Source: a virus
Taxonomy: Duplodnaviria; Caudoviricetes
Strand: one strand, 5' to 3'
Virus record (IMG/VR): IMGVR_UViG_3300036770_007283
Length of the DNA stretch: 64,000 nt
In this document: positions 46,382-55,626 of the stretch, piece after piece
Layout of the letters: every line of letters starts with the position of its first letter
Position numbering within the stretch: the stretch's first letter is position 1
Position numbers and translations under genes: made by a program
Notes under the pieces: model-generated
The model's database searches: none
The model's input: the letters and a program-made list of their open reading frames with translations, nothing else
What the model was told of the DNA's origin: nothing

Positions 46382-46625
46382 CTTCTAAGTTATCAAATGT
46401 TTTAACCTCAGAGTTGTAAGGCGCACTAATCCATAAATTATGAAACCAAACCTTACCTAAGTAATAATTTTCTTTTGTTGAATAAAGCTCAAAACCTTTG
46501 CCGTGGATAGATTTTCTCCAATTACAAAATCTAGTAAAGAGCCAAAGAAAAATTCTTTCTCTCAGGATTGCTTCCTCTAATTCCGCTTGCGATAAGTTTG
46601 GTAAGTCCTTTGGTAATCCTTCCAT
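46338..46625 (-). CDS. Hypothetical protein
   Basis: ORF in an operon. Confidence 0.55.
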   Translation of the reverse strand: MEGLPKDLPNLSQAELEEAILRERIFLWLFTRFCNWRKSIHGKGFELYSTKENYYLGKVWFHNLWISAPYNSEVKTFDNLEDAAKYLEGLYFYDK

Positions 46626-46632
46626 ATAACAC

Positions 46633-46860
46633 CTAAATAACTAAAATTTTTTCTGCAACACTTAGCTCAATAGCAAATGTTGCATTACGTATCCTTACAA
46701 TTAGTTGTCCTAATATGGGTTTCTTTTGTATTACCATAACTGGGGTGCCAGAAACAAAGCCTAATTCCAATAATCTTGTTCTGAAGGAACCAGGCAAATC
46801 AACCTTTTGTAGTGTATAACTTTCCAAGATTGGCAGATCAACTAATCTATTCAAACACAA
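46633..46860 (-). CDS. feoA: FeoA-family SH3-like protein
   Basis: RLLELGFVSGT.V.V....LG..IVRIRNATFAI...A.KILV. Confidence 0.85.
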   Translation of the reverse strand: MCLNRLVDLPILESYTLQKVDLPGSFRTRLLELGFVSGTPVMVIQKKPILGQLIVRIRNATFAIELSVAEKILVI

Positions 46861-47503
46861 AACTCCAGTAACGAGTATTTTCCTGTTCTTGGATTTGGTC
46901 CCAATATATTGATCTTGCGATATAAGAAGGTACTTTATTTCTACTGCAATGATAGACCCAATTGCTCTCCATCTTCTTATAGGCTTCTCGACCTTGCTTA
47001 TTATTATACTTTAGATCTTCTAGGCCATAAAGTCTAAGCTGATGAATATCCCCACAAAGAACGCGAGCATCATTGGGATGGATCATCTCTAGGGCAAAGC
47101 TAACTTTTGCCATACCCAAACCATTGATTTTATCAACAATCTGGTCACGCTTTGTAAGGTGACATTTTTTGCTTGTAAAGTAATAGTCTTTGGTCGAATT
47201 CCAGAACTGATTCTTAAAGTCCCAAATATAATTTGAACGGTTATTGTATAACCCTGAACCGGAATTTTTTAATTTTTCCAAAAGTAGTTCTTTGCTGTGA
47301 AACCATTCTTCGAAATTTTGAATGGCTTGGTAGCCTTTAATATTACCTTGGAAGGTGGTATGCACGGAACAAAAGGCAAAGAGGTATCTTTTAAAGATTT
47401 CTTCATGGGTCGTTGGTGTAATAGAATCCCAATACTCACAATACCCATCTACCTTGTCTTTTGGAAACTTGTTGAAAAAACTTTTTACCGCCTCTACTTT
47501 CAT
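46847..47503 (-). CDS. HhH-GPD-like DNA glycosylase
   Basis: FAFCSVHT, GLYNNRS, HhH-like INGLGMAKVSF, DIHQLR. Confidence 0.6.
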   Translation of the reverse strand: MKVEAVKSFFNKFPKDKVDGYCEYWDSITPTTHEEIFKRYLFAFCSVHTTFQGNIKGYQAIQNFEEWFHSKELLLEKLKNSGSGLYNNRSNYIWDFKNQFWNSTKDYYFTSKKCHLTKRDQIVDKINGLGMAKVSFALEMIHPNDARVLCGDIHQLRLYGLEDLKYNNKQGREAYKKMESNWVYHCSRNKVPSYIARSIYWDQIQEQENTRYWSFVFE

Positions 47504-47506
47504 GTT

Positions 47507-47758
47507 TTAGACCTCTGGATCTAATGGTAAAGCTTCAGATAATCTACGGGCTTGATTGGCAACGGTTAAATATAACTGGCTAAAATATAAATTATTTTTG
47601 GCCAAAGATTCAAATCTAGTTGACGACAAATCATTATCTTCAATCTTTTTAGAAATCTTTTCATATTCTAATTGATAAATCTTTGCCTGCTCATCAGCCC
47701 ATTTGGCTAGAGATAATAAACCGTCACGATTCCCGCGTTGATAATCAGTAAGATTCAT
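47507..47758 (-). CDS. Hypothetical protein
   Basis: GAGG SD. Confidence 0.55.
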   Translation of the reverse strand: MNLTDYQRGNRDGLLSLAKWADEQAKIYQLEYEKISKKIEDNDLSSTRFESLAKNNLYFSQLYLTVANQARRLSEALPLDPEV

Positions 47759-47825
47759 TGTAACCTCATAAAAGCAGAAGGTGTAGCAGCCTAAACCACC
47801 ACACCTTTAGAATATAATTTTAGAA

Positions 47826-48479
47826 TCAAAATCCGATAATATATCCGCGTTCTCGAAGTTTGCCCTCAGCAAAAGATTTAACATCACCTTCTGCACGTTG
47901 CCCATGATGAACAAAGGGGGTGTCAATTTGGTATTCACCGGCAACAATAACCCGCCACTTAGGAGAGCCCTTGATAATCTGGGCTACCTCATCCCCAAAG
48001 ATAGTGGTAAGTCTAAAGCCACTAATGTGGGTAGTGCTGGTGGCTACTTTTACAAACTCTTTTGGTGACTGCCCTGGTGGAACGGGAACTTCATTAACTG
48101 GATTACCATCAGTTCCAATAGGCTCCCAAGGCTTTGTAATCTTACCCAGCACTTGGATTAAAGATAGAGCTTGCGAAGGCTGTGTTCTTAGTTCTTCAAC
48201 AAGTTGAGTGATGATTGATGGTGTTGAACTAGTAACCTCTGGATAATCAAAAATTTGATGTGTAGGGATTACTGGTTCTACTTCAATAGAAAGGGCACCC
48301 ATCTCAATAGGTGTTTTTTCAATCTCTTCTGCTGTGCTCATATAAGTCTCCTGTCTTGATACTTTTTGACCTTTTTGTTTTTTTGAAAATTTAACTTCAT
48401 CTGTGCTTTCTTCCATGTTTACCTCACTTAATTTTAGTGCTAGCTTTCTTGATTGTATTCGTGCTGCCGTGAACTTCAA
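47826..48479 (-). CDS. Hypothetical protein
   Basis: ORF followed by a terminator-like hairpin near 47780-47810; the start is probably at MEES. Confidence 0.6.
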   Translation of the reverse strand: MKFTAARIQSRKLALKLSEVNMEESTDEVKFSKKQKGQKVSRQETYMSTAEEIEKTPIEMGALSIEVEPVIPTHQIFDYPEVTSSTPSIITQLVEELRTQPSQALSLIQVLGKITKPWEPIGTDGNPVNEVPVPPGQSPKEFVKVATSTTHISGFRLTTIFGDEVAQIIKGSPKWRVIVAGEYQIDTPFVHHGQRAEGDVKSFAEGKLRERGYIIGF

Positions 48480-49086
48480 ACATTACTGTTTTACTTCGTG
48501 TATGATCATTTACCTTGCACAAAGTACAGGTATTGCAAGTTATATCTTGCTTGCCGGGAACATCATGTCTGGCAGGACAAAGATATGCCATTTCACCATT
48601 AGAAAGCTTCTTTGACTTTGGTGAGTTAGGCGGAACAATCAATGTAGTTGCCCACCCCATACCCCTAGCCTCAGAAACTTCTTCTTCTGTTTGACAAGAA
48701 GCACGAAACCATTTCTTTAAAGGCTGCGAAGCTTCTTCCTTCCAAGTGTGGGTATAGCCAATATTGATTAGGCCAGCTTCCACTACCTCATCACATTCTT
48801 TTAGTGTTTGTTCTACATCACCGACGACATCACCAGCAATACGATGCCGTACAATTCGACAACTATTTAATCTTTCAGAAACTGCTTCCTTAAGTGAGGC
48901 ATATTTGATTGCACCACGCTCCAACTTGCCACCCAAGATATTAATGTAAAATAGTCCCCAGGCGTAGCAACCACCTGTCTTTAGGGTGCAACTATCTGGA
49001 CAAGTACTTTTAGGCGAGTAAGAAGCTACTACCATTCCTGTCTTCTTATCTTTTGACCTTGGAACCCAATGCACTTTTCTTGTCAT
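48424..49086 (-). CDS. Conserved Cys-containing phage protein
   Basis: TCPDSC...CYA, RHRIAGD, GYTH, CP...CNTCTLC. The start was moved to ATG 49086. Confidence 0.6.
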   Translation of the reverse strand: MTRKVHWVPRSKDKKTGMVVASYSPKSTCPDSCTLKTGGCYAWGLFYINILGGKLERGAIKYASLKEAVSERLNSCRIVRHRIAGDVVGDVEQTLKECDEVVEAGLINIGYTHTWKEEASQPLKKWFRASCQTEEEVSEARGMGWATTLIVPPNSPKSKKLSNGEMAYLCPARHDVPGKQDITCNTCTLCKVNDHTRSKTVMFEVHGSTNTIKKASTKIK

Positions 49087-49087
49087 A

Positions 49088-49303
49088 TTAATCCTCAACA
49101 AATTTATCAATTTCTTCACACCAGACTAAATAAAGTTTGCCTTTATACTTCAAGTGATATAGGTTTTTGTCTGTAAAGACAACGGATTCAAATCCAACAA
49201 CCTCCATAGGCTTTGGAACTAAATCCCAAAGCGAGTCTATTAAATCTGGTTCGTTCTTAAGGAATTCTTTCCAAGAACGATATTTTAAAATTACTTTTGC
49301 CAC
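49088..49303 (-). CDS. Hypothetical protein
   Basis: Short ORF. Confidence 0.5.
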   Translation of the reverse strand: MAKVILKYRSWKEFLKNEPDLIDSLWDLVPKPMEVVGFESVVFTDKNLYHLKYKGKLYLVWCEEIDKFVED

Positions 49304-49324
49304 TATTATTATTTAACATAAGGA

Positions 49325-49801
49325 TTGGGGGTAATCATGGGACAATACTTTGATACATATTTTTCACCAAATGGTGGTGCTGCTGATTATATAGTTAAAT
49401 TTATAGATAAAACATCAGCGACCTTAGATATCGCAGTTTATAGTCTAACCCATGATTTAATTTCAGATGCCATTATTAGAGCGCAAAAACGTGGTGTTAA
49501 GATTAGATTTTTAACGGACGATTTGCAATCTAAAGGTGGCGGTTCTGATGATGAAAAATTAGAAGCAGCAGGTGTTTTGGTTAGAAGAGATACGCAATCT
49601 GGACTTATGCATCATAAGTTTGTGATTAGCGATCAAAATGCTTTAGGTCTAGGTAGTTTTAATTGGTCTATTAACGCTGACAAACGCAATATGGAAAACT
49701 GGAATGTTTGCAGAATTAAGTATGTAATAGAAGACTACCAGAAAGAATTTGAGAAGATTTGGGACTTAAACAAACCTAAAGCCGCCCCACCAACTATATA
49801 G
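49325..49801 (+). CDS. Phospholipase D-family (Nuc-like) single-HKD nuclease
   Basis: LDIAVYSLT, MHHKFVISD, GSFNWS..A...N.EN. Confidence 0.9.
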   Translation: MGVIMGQYFDTYFSPNGGAADYIVKFIDKTSATLDIAVYSLTHDLISDAIIRAQKRGVKIRFLTDDLQSKGGGSDDEKLEAAGVLVRRDTQSGLMHHKFVISDQNALGLGSFNWSINADKRNMENWNVCRIKYVIEDYQKEFEKIWDLNKPKAAPPTI

Positions 49802-49822
49802 CTGTAGCAATCCAAATATTAA

Positions 49823-50188
49823 TCAGTTTTTCTTGATCTTGTCTGAAAGAATATCTAGGTGAAAAAGTAAACTTTCTACTTTGGCCGGATCACAAAGATC
49901 AAATATTTGGTCTAAATCCCAAGTGGAATTGGGGACAATCTTTCCTTCTAAATTTTTCTTGGTAGAAAGGTGGTATCCAAACCATTGCGTTTCAAAAGAC
50001 CCATCATCTAGCTTATTGATAAAGCAACCATAAATGGTTCCATCTAAAATATAAGCTTGAATACCAACTTCTTTTAATCTAGATACTAGGTTGTTATTAG
50101 GATGCCAAAACAACTCCCAATCCTGCCTAGATAATCCAGAAATACTAATATAATCGTCGTTTACTTTAGAAGTTTGGATTGTATCCAA
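49823..50188 (-). CDS. Hypothetical protein (ends ..ESLLFHLDIL)
   Basis: TTG start after GGAG. Confidence 0.5.
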   Translation of the reverse strand: MDTIQTSKVNDDYISISGLSRQDWELFWHPNNNLVSRLKEVGIQAYILDGTIYGCFINKLDDGSFETQWFGYHLSTKKNLEGKIVPNSTWDLDQIFDLCDPAKVESLLFHLDILSDKIKKN

Positions 50189-50312
50189 AATCGGACTCCT
50201 GATGTTGCAAATAGAAATACTATTTGCTTGTAGTATACTCTTTTTGTATTTTTACTACAAAACTTTAAGAACCCTATAATAATTCTAAAGTAATTTTCAG
50301 ATATTATTAGTT

Positions 50313-51596
50313 TTAAAACCCAACAAAGCTCTTTGACTTTTCTTTAATATTTTGATTAATCAAAATATCATCGTCTAAGCTCTCTTTTAAAGAATAGATT
50401 TCTGCTAATGAGTACTGAGTTTTGTTATCATTAATCTCTACACCAATATTTTTGGCAAGCTTTTTAGCATCTTCCCTGTCTAGGGGGCCGAATTCATATT
50501 TGGAAATCAGCCTTCCTTTTCTAAGCAGAGCTTCGTCAATACAATTGATTTCAGTATTAAAAGTTAAAATAACTTGAATATTAAAAATATCATTTAGAAT
50601 ACCATCTGTAATATTTAGAAGTGTAGAAACAACGGCACTTCTAAATCCGCCATTGGAATCTCGCTTAGAGATAATAGACTCTGCATCCTCAATAATAAAA
50701 ACAGATTGTTCGTCGCCAAAAGTTTCAACCATAAAGGAGTTAAAGTCTGGTGACTCTAGGCTCTCTAAAACATGCTTGGGAATAAGGACTACTCTTTTAC
50801 CTAGCTCTACCAGCTTAGGAATAATACTTCTAATGTAGTAGGTCTTACCAGTTCCAGGCAGGCCATGAAACATAACAATGCCCTTGCTTCGACTAGCGAT
50901 TCTGTTGATTAGTTTGTTGTGATAATTTTCAAACCCTTCGCCATAATGAAGATCTAAATCGTAAAGCCCTGGATGTTCTAAGTCCACATTTCTTAGAAAT
51001 AGTCCGGTGGGTGATGTAGCAATCATATCAATATGAGAAGCAGACTTAGTATGCTTAAGATAAGTGATAGTCTTTAGATTATTAACAAGTTGACTTACAA
51101 CTGTGTTAGAAGTCTTATAAATTATTGAAACATCAAAGCAAGATAAAATAGTTCCCTGAAAAGTTTCATCATCAGAAATATTGGAGTATTCGCTGGCTGG
51201 AGCGTATTCAATCTGACCTAGAGAAATAAAGATGGACTCATCACCAATCTTTAAAAGAAGCACACACCCAATTGGCAAACCACCCATAGTATGGTTTGAC
51301 ATAAGATGATATACAACACCACTTTCTTTTAGGATCTTAATAAATGAATTTAGCTTGACAGGCTGAAAGAATAAAACAGATGGTGAAGAACCAAAATATT
51401 TTTCAGCACCCAACTTAACCCAATCAGAAAATGAACACTCAACCACACTATGGTTAAAATAATCAACATCCAAGTTCTGGATACCATAGTGATTGTCCAA
51501 GAATAAGAATGGTGAATTAATCTTATCAAATACACTTACTTCGGCGGCATCTCTGTTGCGCTTGGACACCTTCACACCTCGTAATAATCTAGGCAT
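50313..51596 (-). CDS. AAA+ ATPase (single AAA domain)
   Basis: GLPGTGKT, FIIEDAE, LLNITDG, DEALLRKGRL. Confidence 0.88.
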   Translation of the reverse strand: MPRLLRGVKVSKRNRDAAEVSVFDKINSPFLFLDNHYGIQNLDVDYFNHSVVECSFSDWVKLGAEKYFGSSPSVLFFQPVKLNSFIKILKESGVVYHLMSNHTMGGLPIGCVLLLKIGDESIFISLGQIEYAPASEYSNISDDETFQGTILSCFDVSIIYKTSNTVVSQLVNNLKTITYLKHTKSASHIDMIATSPTGLFLRNVDLEHPGLYDLDLHYGEGFENYHNKLINRIASRSKGIVMFHGLPGTGKTYYIRSIIPKLVELGKRVVLIPKHVLESLESPDFNSFMVETFGDEQSVFIIEDAESIISKRDSNGGFRSAVVSTLLNITDGILNDIFNIQVILTFNTEINCIDEALLRKGRLISKYEFGPLDREDAKKLAKNIGVEINDNKTQYSLAEIYSLKESLDDDILINQNIKEKSKSFVGF

Positions 51597-53046
51597 CTTT
51601 TACCTTCCTTGTTGGAAATAAAATTACATCACGAATACTAGACTTATTTGTTAATAACATTACTAATCTATCAATTCCAATTCCTTGACCAGCAGTAGGA
51701 GGCATACCGTAAGACAAGGCTCTAATGTAGTCTTGATCAAAATACATAGCCTCATCATCACCATTAGACTTTCTAACAGACTGTAAGTTGAACCTTTCTG
51801 CTTGGTCTACTGGATCGTTTAATTCTGAAAAACCATTGGCAATTTCAAAACCATTGATAAATAACTCAAAACGATCTGTAAGTCTTGGATCATCATCATT
51901 CCTTCTAGCTAAGGGGCTTAGTTCTGCTGGATATAGAGTAATAAAAGTTGGATTAATTAGATTTGGTTCAACAAAAAGATCAAAGACCTTTTGTTGCAAA
52001 TCACCCAAACTTCCTTCCAGATTGGCAAAACCTTTTTGATTTAGGAATGAAATAATCGAATCTTGTGACCAAGGATCTTGAACACCAGCCTCAATTAAGG
52101 ATTGACAAAATGGCAAAGTGGTCCAGCTAGAAAAATCAATACACCTATCTTCATAGGTTAGATTTAAGGAGCCATTAATTTCAAGGACCAGATCATTGAT
52201 AAGTGATGTAGTAAAAGAAATTAAGTCTTGATAAGTAGCGTGGGCTTGATAAAACTCCACCATTGTAAATTCTGGATTATGCTTCTGTGAGATTCCTTCG
52301 TTTCTAAAATTCTTTCCAATCTCAAAGACTCTCTCGAATCCGCCTACGATTAACCTTTTTAGATAAAGCTCTGGAGCAATACGCATATAAAGCTCTGTAT
52401 CAAGAGCATTATGGTGCGTTTGAAATGGTTTTGCAGTTGCCCCGCCCGGAATTGTTTGAAGAATTGGTGTTTCTACTTCAACAAAACTATGATCTTCTAG
52501 GTAGTGACGGATAAACTTGATAATTTTAAAACGTAGCTCAAATGTCTTTCGTGAGTCTTGATTTACAATTAGATCAAGATATCGCATTCTATGTCTTGTT
52601 TCGATATCTGTTAGGCCAGCAACCTTATCCGGCATACCTTGCATACACTTTGAATAAAGAGAAAGCTCCTTACATTCAAAGGTTAATTCTCCGGTTCTGG
52701 TTCGCGTAAAAAAACCTGTTACAAAAATCCAATCGCCCACATCAACCTTCTTCCAGGCATGAAAAGATTCAGCAGTTACCAGATTCTTTTTTACAGATAG
52801 CTGGATTGACTCACCAGAAACATCTGCTCGGGCAAAGCCAAGATTTCCCATTTCATTTTTAAATCTAACTCTTGCAGCAAAAGTAAAAATACCATCTGCC
52901 TCCAAGGTTAGAATAGACTCTTCACGAATTGATCTAATCTGTTCTGCAATATCTTCACAGACCTTCTTTCCAGATGGATATGGATTAATTCCCGATGCTC
53001 TTAACTCTTGGAGCTTCTTTAATTGAGCAGAATCAAATTCAAACAT
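51589..53046 (-). CDS. lysS: Lysyl-tRNA synthetase, class II
   Basis: GINPYP, RMRYLDLI, EVETPIL, YMRIAPELYLKRL, FRNEG...HNPEFT, GMPPTAGQGIGIDRLVM. Confidence 0.97.
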   Translation of the reverse strand: MFEFDSAQLKKLQELRASGINPYPSGKKVCEDIAEQIRSIREESILTLEADGIFTFAARVRFKNEMGNLGFARADVSGESIQLSVKKNLVTAESFHAWKKVDVGDWIFVTGFFTRTRTGELTFECKELSLYSKCMQGMPDKVAGLTDIETRHRMRYLDLIVNQDSRKTFELRFKIIKFIRHYLEDHSFVEVETPILQTIPGGATAKPFQTHHNALDTELYMRIAPELYLKRLIVGGFERVFEIGKNFRNEGISQKHNPEFTMVEFYQAHATYQDLISFTTSLINDLVLEINGSLNLTYEDRCIDFSSWTTLPFCQSLIEAGVQDPWSQDSIISFLNQKGFANLEGSLGDLQQKVFDLFVEPNLINPTFITLYPAELSPLARRNDDDPRLTDRFELFINGFEIANGFSELNDPVDQAERFNLQSVRKSNGDDEAMYFDQDYIRALSYGMPPTAGQGIGIDRLVMLLTNKSSIRDVILFPTRKVKDA

Positions 53047-53048
53047 CT

Positions 53049-53405
53049 TTACCCCAATACAAGTTCAAGTTCGACAATAATAAAACAGATGGCATCTTTA
53101 TCCATAAGAGTTCGACCATCTAAGATTTCTTGAATTGCTGTTTCCCTAATATTTTTGATTGTGGAAACAATCTCCAAAACCTCAGTTTTATTGCAAAGGT
53201 TGTTGTTTAAAAGATTATAGTATTCTTTGTGTTTTTTGAGGAATTGGCTTCTGTAGGCGGAAGTATCTGAAGATTTCTCGCAATCTTCAATTACCTTTTT
53301 CCACCTATCATATAAAGATTGAAGGCGACTCAAAACTGAATCGCCTTTTAATTTTGTTTTAGATCTAAAATTATCAAGGTAACTATCAATTTCAACGAAG
53401 TGCAT
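53049..53405 (-). CDS. Hypothetical protein
   Basis: First gene after a class A promoter, upstream of lysS. Confidence 0.55.
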   Translation of the reverse strand: MHFVEIDSYLDNFRSKTKLKGDSVLSRLQSLYDRWKKVIEDCEKSSDTSAYRSQFLKKHKEYYNLLNNNLCNKTEVLEIVSTIKNIRETAIQEILDGRTLMDKDAICFIIVELELVLG

Positions 53406-53420
53406 TTACCCCTCTGCTTT

Positions 53421-53449
53421 AGTATAGCAGATACTATTTTAAAATTAAA
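53421..53449 (-). promoter_or_regulatory. Promoter class A: TTTAAT-N17-TATACT
   Basis: Exact 17-bp spacer, TG in the extended -10 position. Confidence 0.7.
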
Positions 53450-53467
53450 CTATTTTTAGAGCTACCC

Positions 53468-53989
53468 TTATTTTAGTAATCCTGGGTTTTCTTTAACCAG
53501 CAGCTTATATTTATTTTTGGTTAGCTTGCCAGCTTTGGAATAAAGAGTTACACCGTCTAGATGCTCCATTTCGTGCAAAATAATTCTGGCTTGCCAATCT
53601 TCAAATTCCTGCTCAGTGACTTCTCCAGACAAAGTTTGGTAAGAAACCTTGATGCTAAGGGGTCTTTCTACCTGAACCTTTAGGCTTGGAAAAGAAAGAC
53701 ATTGTTCTTCGGCCTTTACAGTTTCTTCAGATGTGCTAAGCAATCTTGGATTAATCATTTTAAGCAATTCATTACCATATTGTTTATTGACGCAGTAACC
53801 AATATCAGCTACCAAAACCCGAATAGATAATCCGACTTGTGGTGCCGCCAAGCCTACGCCACGGGAAGCATACATTGTTACGGCCATATCTGATAAGGTT
53901 TTATCTAGTTCTGGACCAAACTCTTCTGGTGTAACTTCACGGCACAAGGTGGATAGTGATTTGTCTTTATATTTTTTAATTTGAAACAT
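53468..53989 (-). CDS. def: Peptide deformylase
   Basis: GVGLAAPQVG, EEQCLSFP, ILHEMEHLDG. Confidence 0.95.
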   Translation of the reverse strand: MFQIKKYKDKSLSTLCREVTPEEFGPELDKTLSDMAVTMYASRGVGLAAPQVGLSIRVLVADIGYCVNKQYGNELLKMINPRLLSTSEETVKAEEQCLSFPSLKVQVERPLSIKVSYQTLSGEVTEQEFEDWQARIILHEMEHLDGVTLYSKAGKLTKNKYKLLVKENPGLLK

Positions 53990-54002
53990 TTAAAATCCTA
54001 TT

Positions 54003-54341
54003 TTATGATTCTTTCTTCTTTGACTTCTTGGTTTCAACCACTTCGGGAGGTAATGGCTCTGGCTTGGGGGCAGGAGGTGACATAACTTGCTGTAAAGCTT
54101 GTGCTTGTTGGGCGGTCTGCTGAACAGTTTGCTGTACAGACTGTTGAGCGGCCTGTTGTAGTTTTAAAACCTCCGCCTCATATTTTCTTAGGTCAACAAC
54201 ACTGTCTGCCAAATGCTTTAGCCAACCGATTCTAGTCATGTGAGTTTCGTAATTAGTTTCTTGCTGCTTAATTAGCTGCTCCAAAGATTTTAGCATAGTA
54301 ATACTTTTATTGTACCTTTCTTCAATTTCTTGTGGACTCAT
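54003..54341 (-). CDS. Gln/Pro-rich coiled-coil hypothetical protein
   Basis: AGGAG SD. Confidence 0.55.
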   Translation of the reverse strand: MSPQEIEERYNKSITMLKSLEQLIKQQETNYETHMTRIGWLKHLADSVVDLRKYEAEVLKLQQAAQQSVQQTVQQTAQQAQALQQVMSPPAPKPEPLPPEVVETKKSKKKES

Positions 54342-54362
54342 TTTTTCTCCTTTTGTTAAGAT

Positions 54363-54391
54363 AACATACTAATTTATATTAGTAAAGTCAA
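54363..54391 (-). promoter_or_regulatory. Sigma70-type promoter TTGACT-N17-TATGTT
   Basis: In the divergent intergenic region. Confidence 0.5.
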
Positions 54392-54404
54392 GGGGTGTTC
54401 TTCG

Positions 54405-54782
54405 ATGCCAAAAATAACGAGATTTTTTAATGATATAAGTATTACCACATCTGGAATTGAAATATTAGATATTTTAAGTGGTATTAAAAATATACACAAT
54501 GGAATAATAGAACAAATTATTATACAAAGAAAATCTGGTTCCGCAACATTAATGAATGTAGAAATTAGATATGAAGCTGGGTACTCAGGTCGTGAAAAAT
54601 TAATTTACTTATTTGAGGATGCAGAACTCCCAACATTCGTAGATAGTGATATCCATGCGCCATTCAGCTTATCTAGCAGAAAAGAAAACGACGGTGATAT
54701 TCATCTTTATATTTTACCAGATGCTAATTGTACCGTCAGTATCAGGCTGGATATAAATCTAGAAGATAAGCTGGGAATTTAG
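54405..54782 (+). CDS. Hypothetical protein
   Basis: Plus-strand ORF after AGGGG. Confidence 0.55.
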   Translation: MPKITRFFNDISITTSGIEILDILSGIKNIHNGIIEQIIIQRKSGSATLMNVEIRYEAGYSGREKLIYLFEDAELPTFVDSDIHAPFSLSSRKENDGDIHLYILPDANCTVSIRLDINLEDKLGI

Positions 54783-55051
54783 TACAGTTCTTCAAAGCGT
54801 AAGGCTAGGGCTTTAGCTTCGTAATAGTAATAAACTGCAGACTTACCGTTTTCCAGCTTACATTCTACCAGGGTGGGTTGTGTAGTTCTGTTATTGCAGG
54901 GAGATATTATTTTGGTCACAATACCTAGTGATTCTGATACCCTATTTTTTACTAAGTCATAATCTATATCATAACTGGCAAAATCTATAGAATACTTGGA
55001 TGCTTTCAAAATAACAGCCACGCCAATCTCAAAAGGCTCTATGGAATGCAT
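54779..55051 (-). CDS. Hypothetical protein
   Basis: GGAGG SD. Confidence 0.55.
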   Translation of the reverse strand: MHSIEPFEIGVAVILKASKYSIDFASYDIDYDLVKNRVSESLGIVTKIISPCNNRTTQPTLVECKLENGKSAVYYYYEAKALALRFEELY

Positions 55052-55067
55052 AATACCTCCGAAACTA

Positions 55068-55376
55068 TTATTCTGGTTCTAGATCAATGTTTTTAAATAC
55101 AGGTTCTTTTATTTCATCTTTATAGTAGCAGTTTTTACATGAATATCCTGCATAATGCACGGGCCACTCATTAGGGCTAATTCCTTCAGAGACTTTTAAG
55201 GCAGAAAAATGAAAGTCTTTTTTGCAATCGGGGCATTTACCAAAAGAATTAAATGGAAAAATAGAATCTTTTATTTTAAAGTATAATTCTTTTTTGGTTT
55301 CTGAGCATTTATATATCTTAGGATTTTCACCTACTTTCTTTGCTCTTTTCATGGCCATATCTTTCCAATCAATCAT
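55068..55376 (-). CDS. Zinc-ribbon hypothetical protein
   Basis: CPDC...CKNC. Confidence 0.55.
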   Translation of the reverse strand: MIDWKDMAMKRAKKVGENPKIYKCSETKKELYFKIKDSIFPFNSFGKCPDCKKDFHFSALKVSEGISPNEWPVHYAGYSCKNCYYKDEIKEPVFKNIDLEPE

Positions 55377-55626
55377 GACTGCCCCCTCCTCTTATTTTAT
55401 TTATAACAACAAAAGCAATTAGCGAAGTTAAACTAGCTGACATTATAGTAAAAAAAGCACTTTGATCAAAGGTAAATCCAATAATAAATGTTAGCCCCCA
55501 AACAAACTTCCAGTCCGATAAAAGATTGTAAACCAAAAGTTTAAAATCAACTTTGTCATCTATAAACTTTTTCATACTACCTCCTAAGGTAACTGTTCTA
55601 TAATACTCCAAGGTTCTGTAATACAA
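55369..55626 (-). CDS. Small membrane protein
   Basis: Two hydrophobic segments; the start is probably at MKKF. Confidence 0.5.
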   Translation of the reverse strand: MYYRTLEYYRTVTLGGSMKKFIDDKVDFKLLVYNLLSDWKFVWGLTFIIGFTFDQSAFFTIMSASLTSLIAFVVINKIRGGGSHD

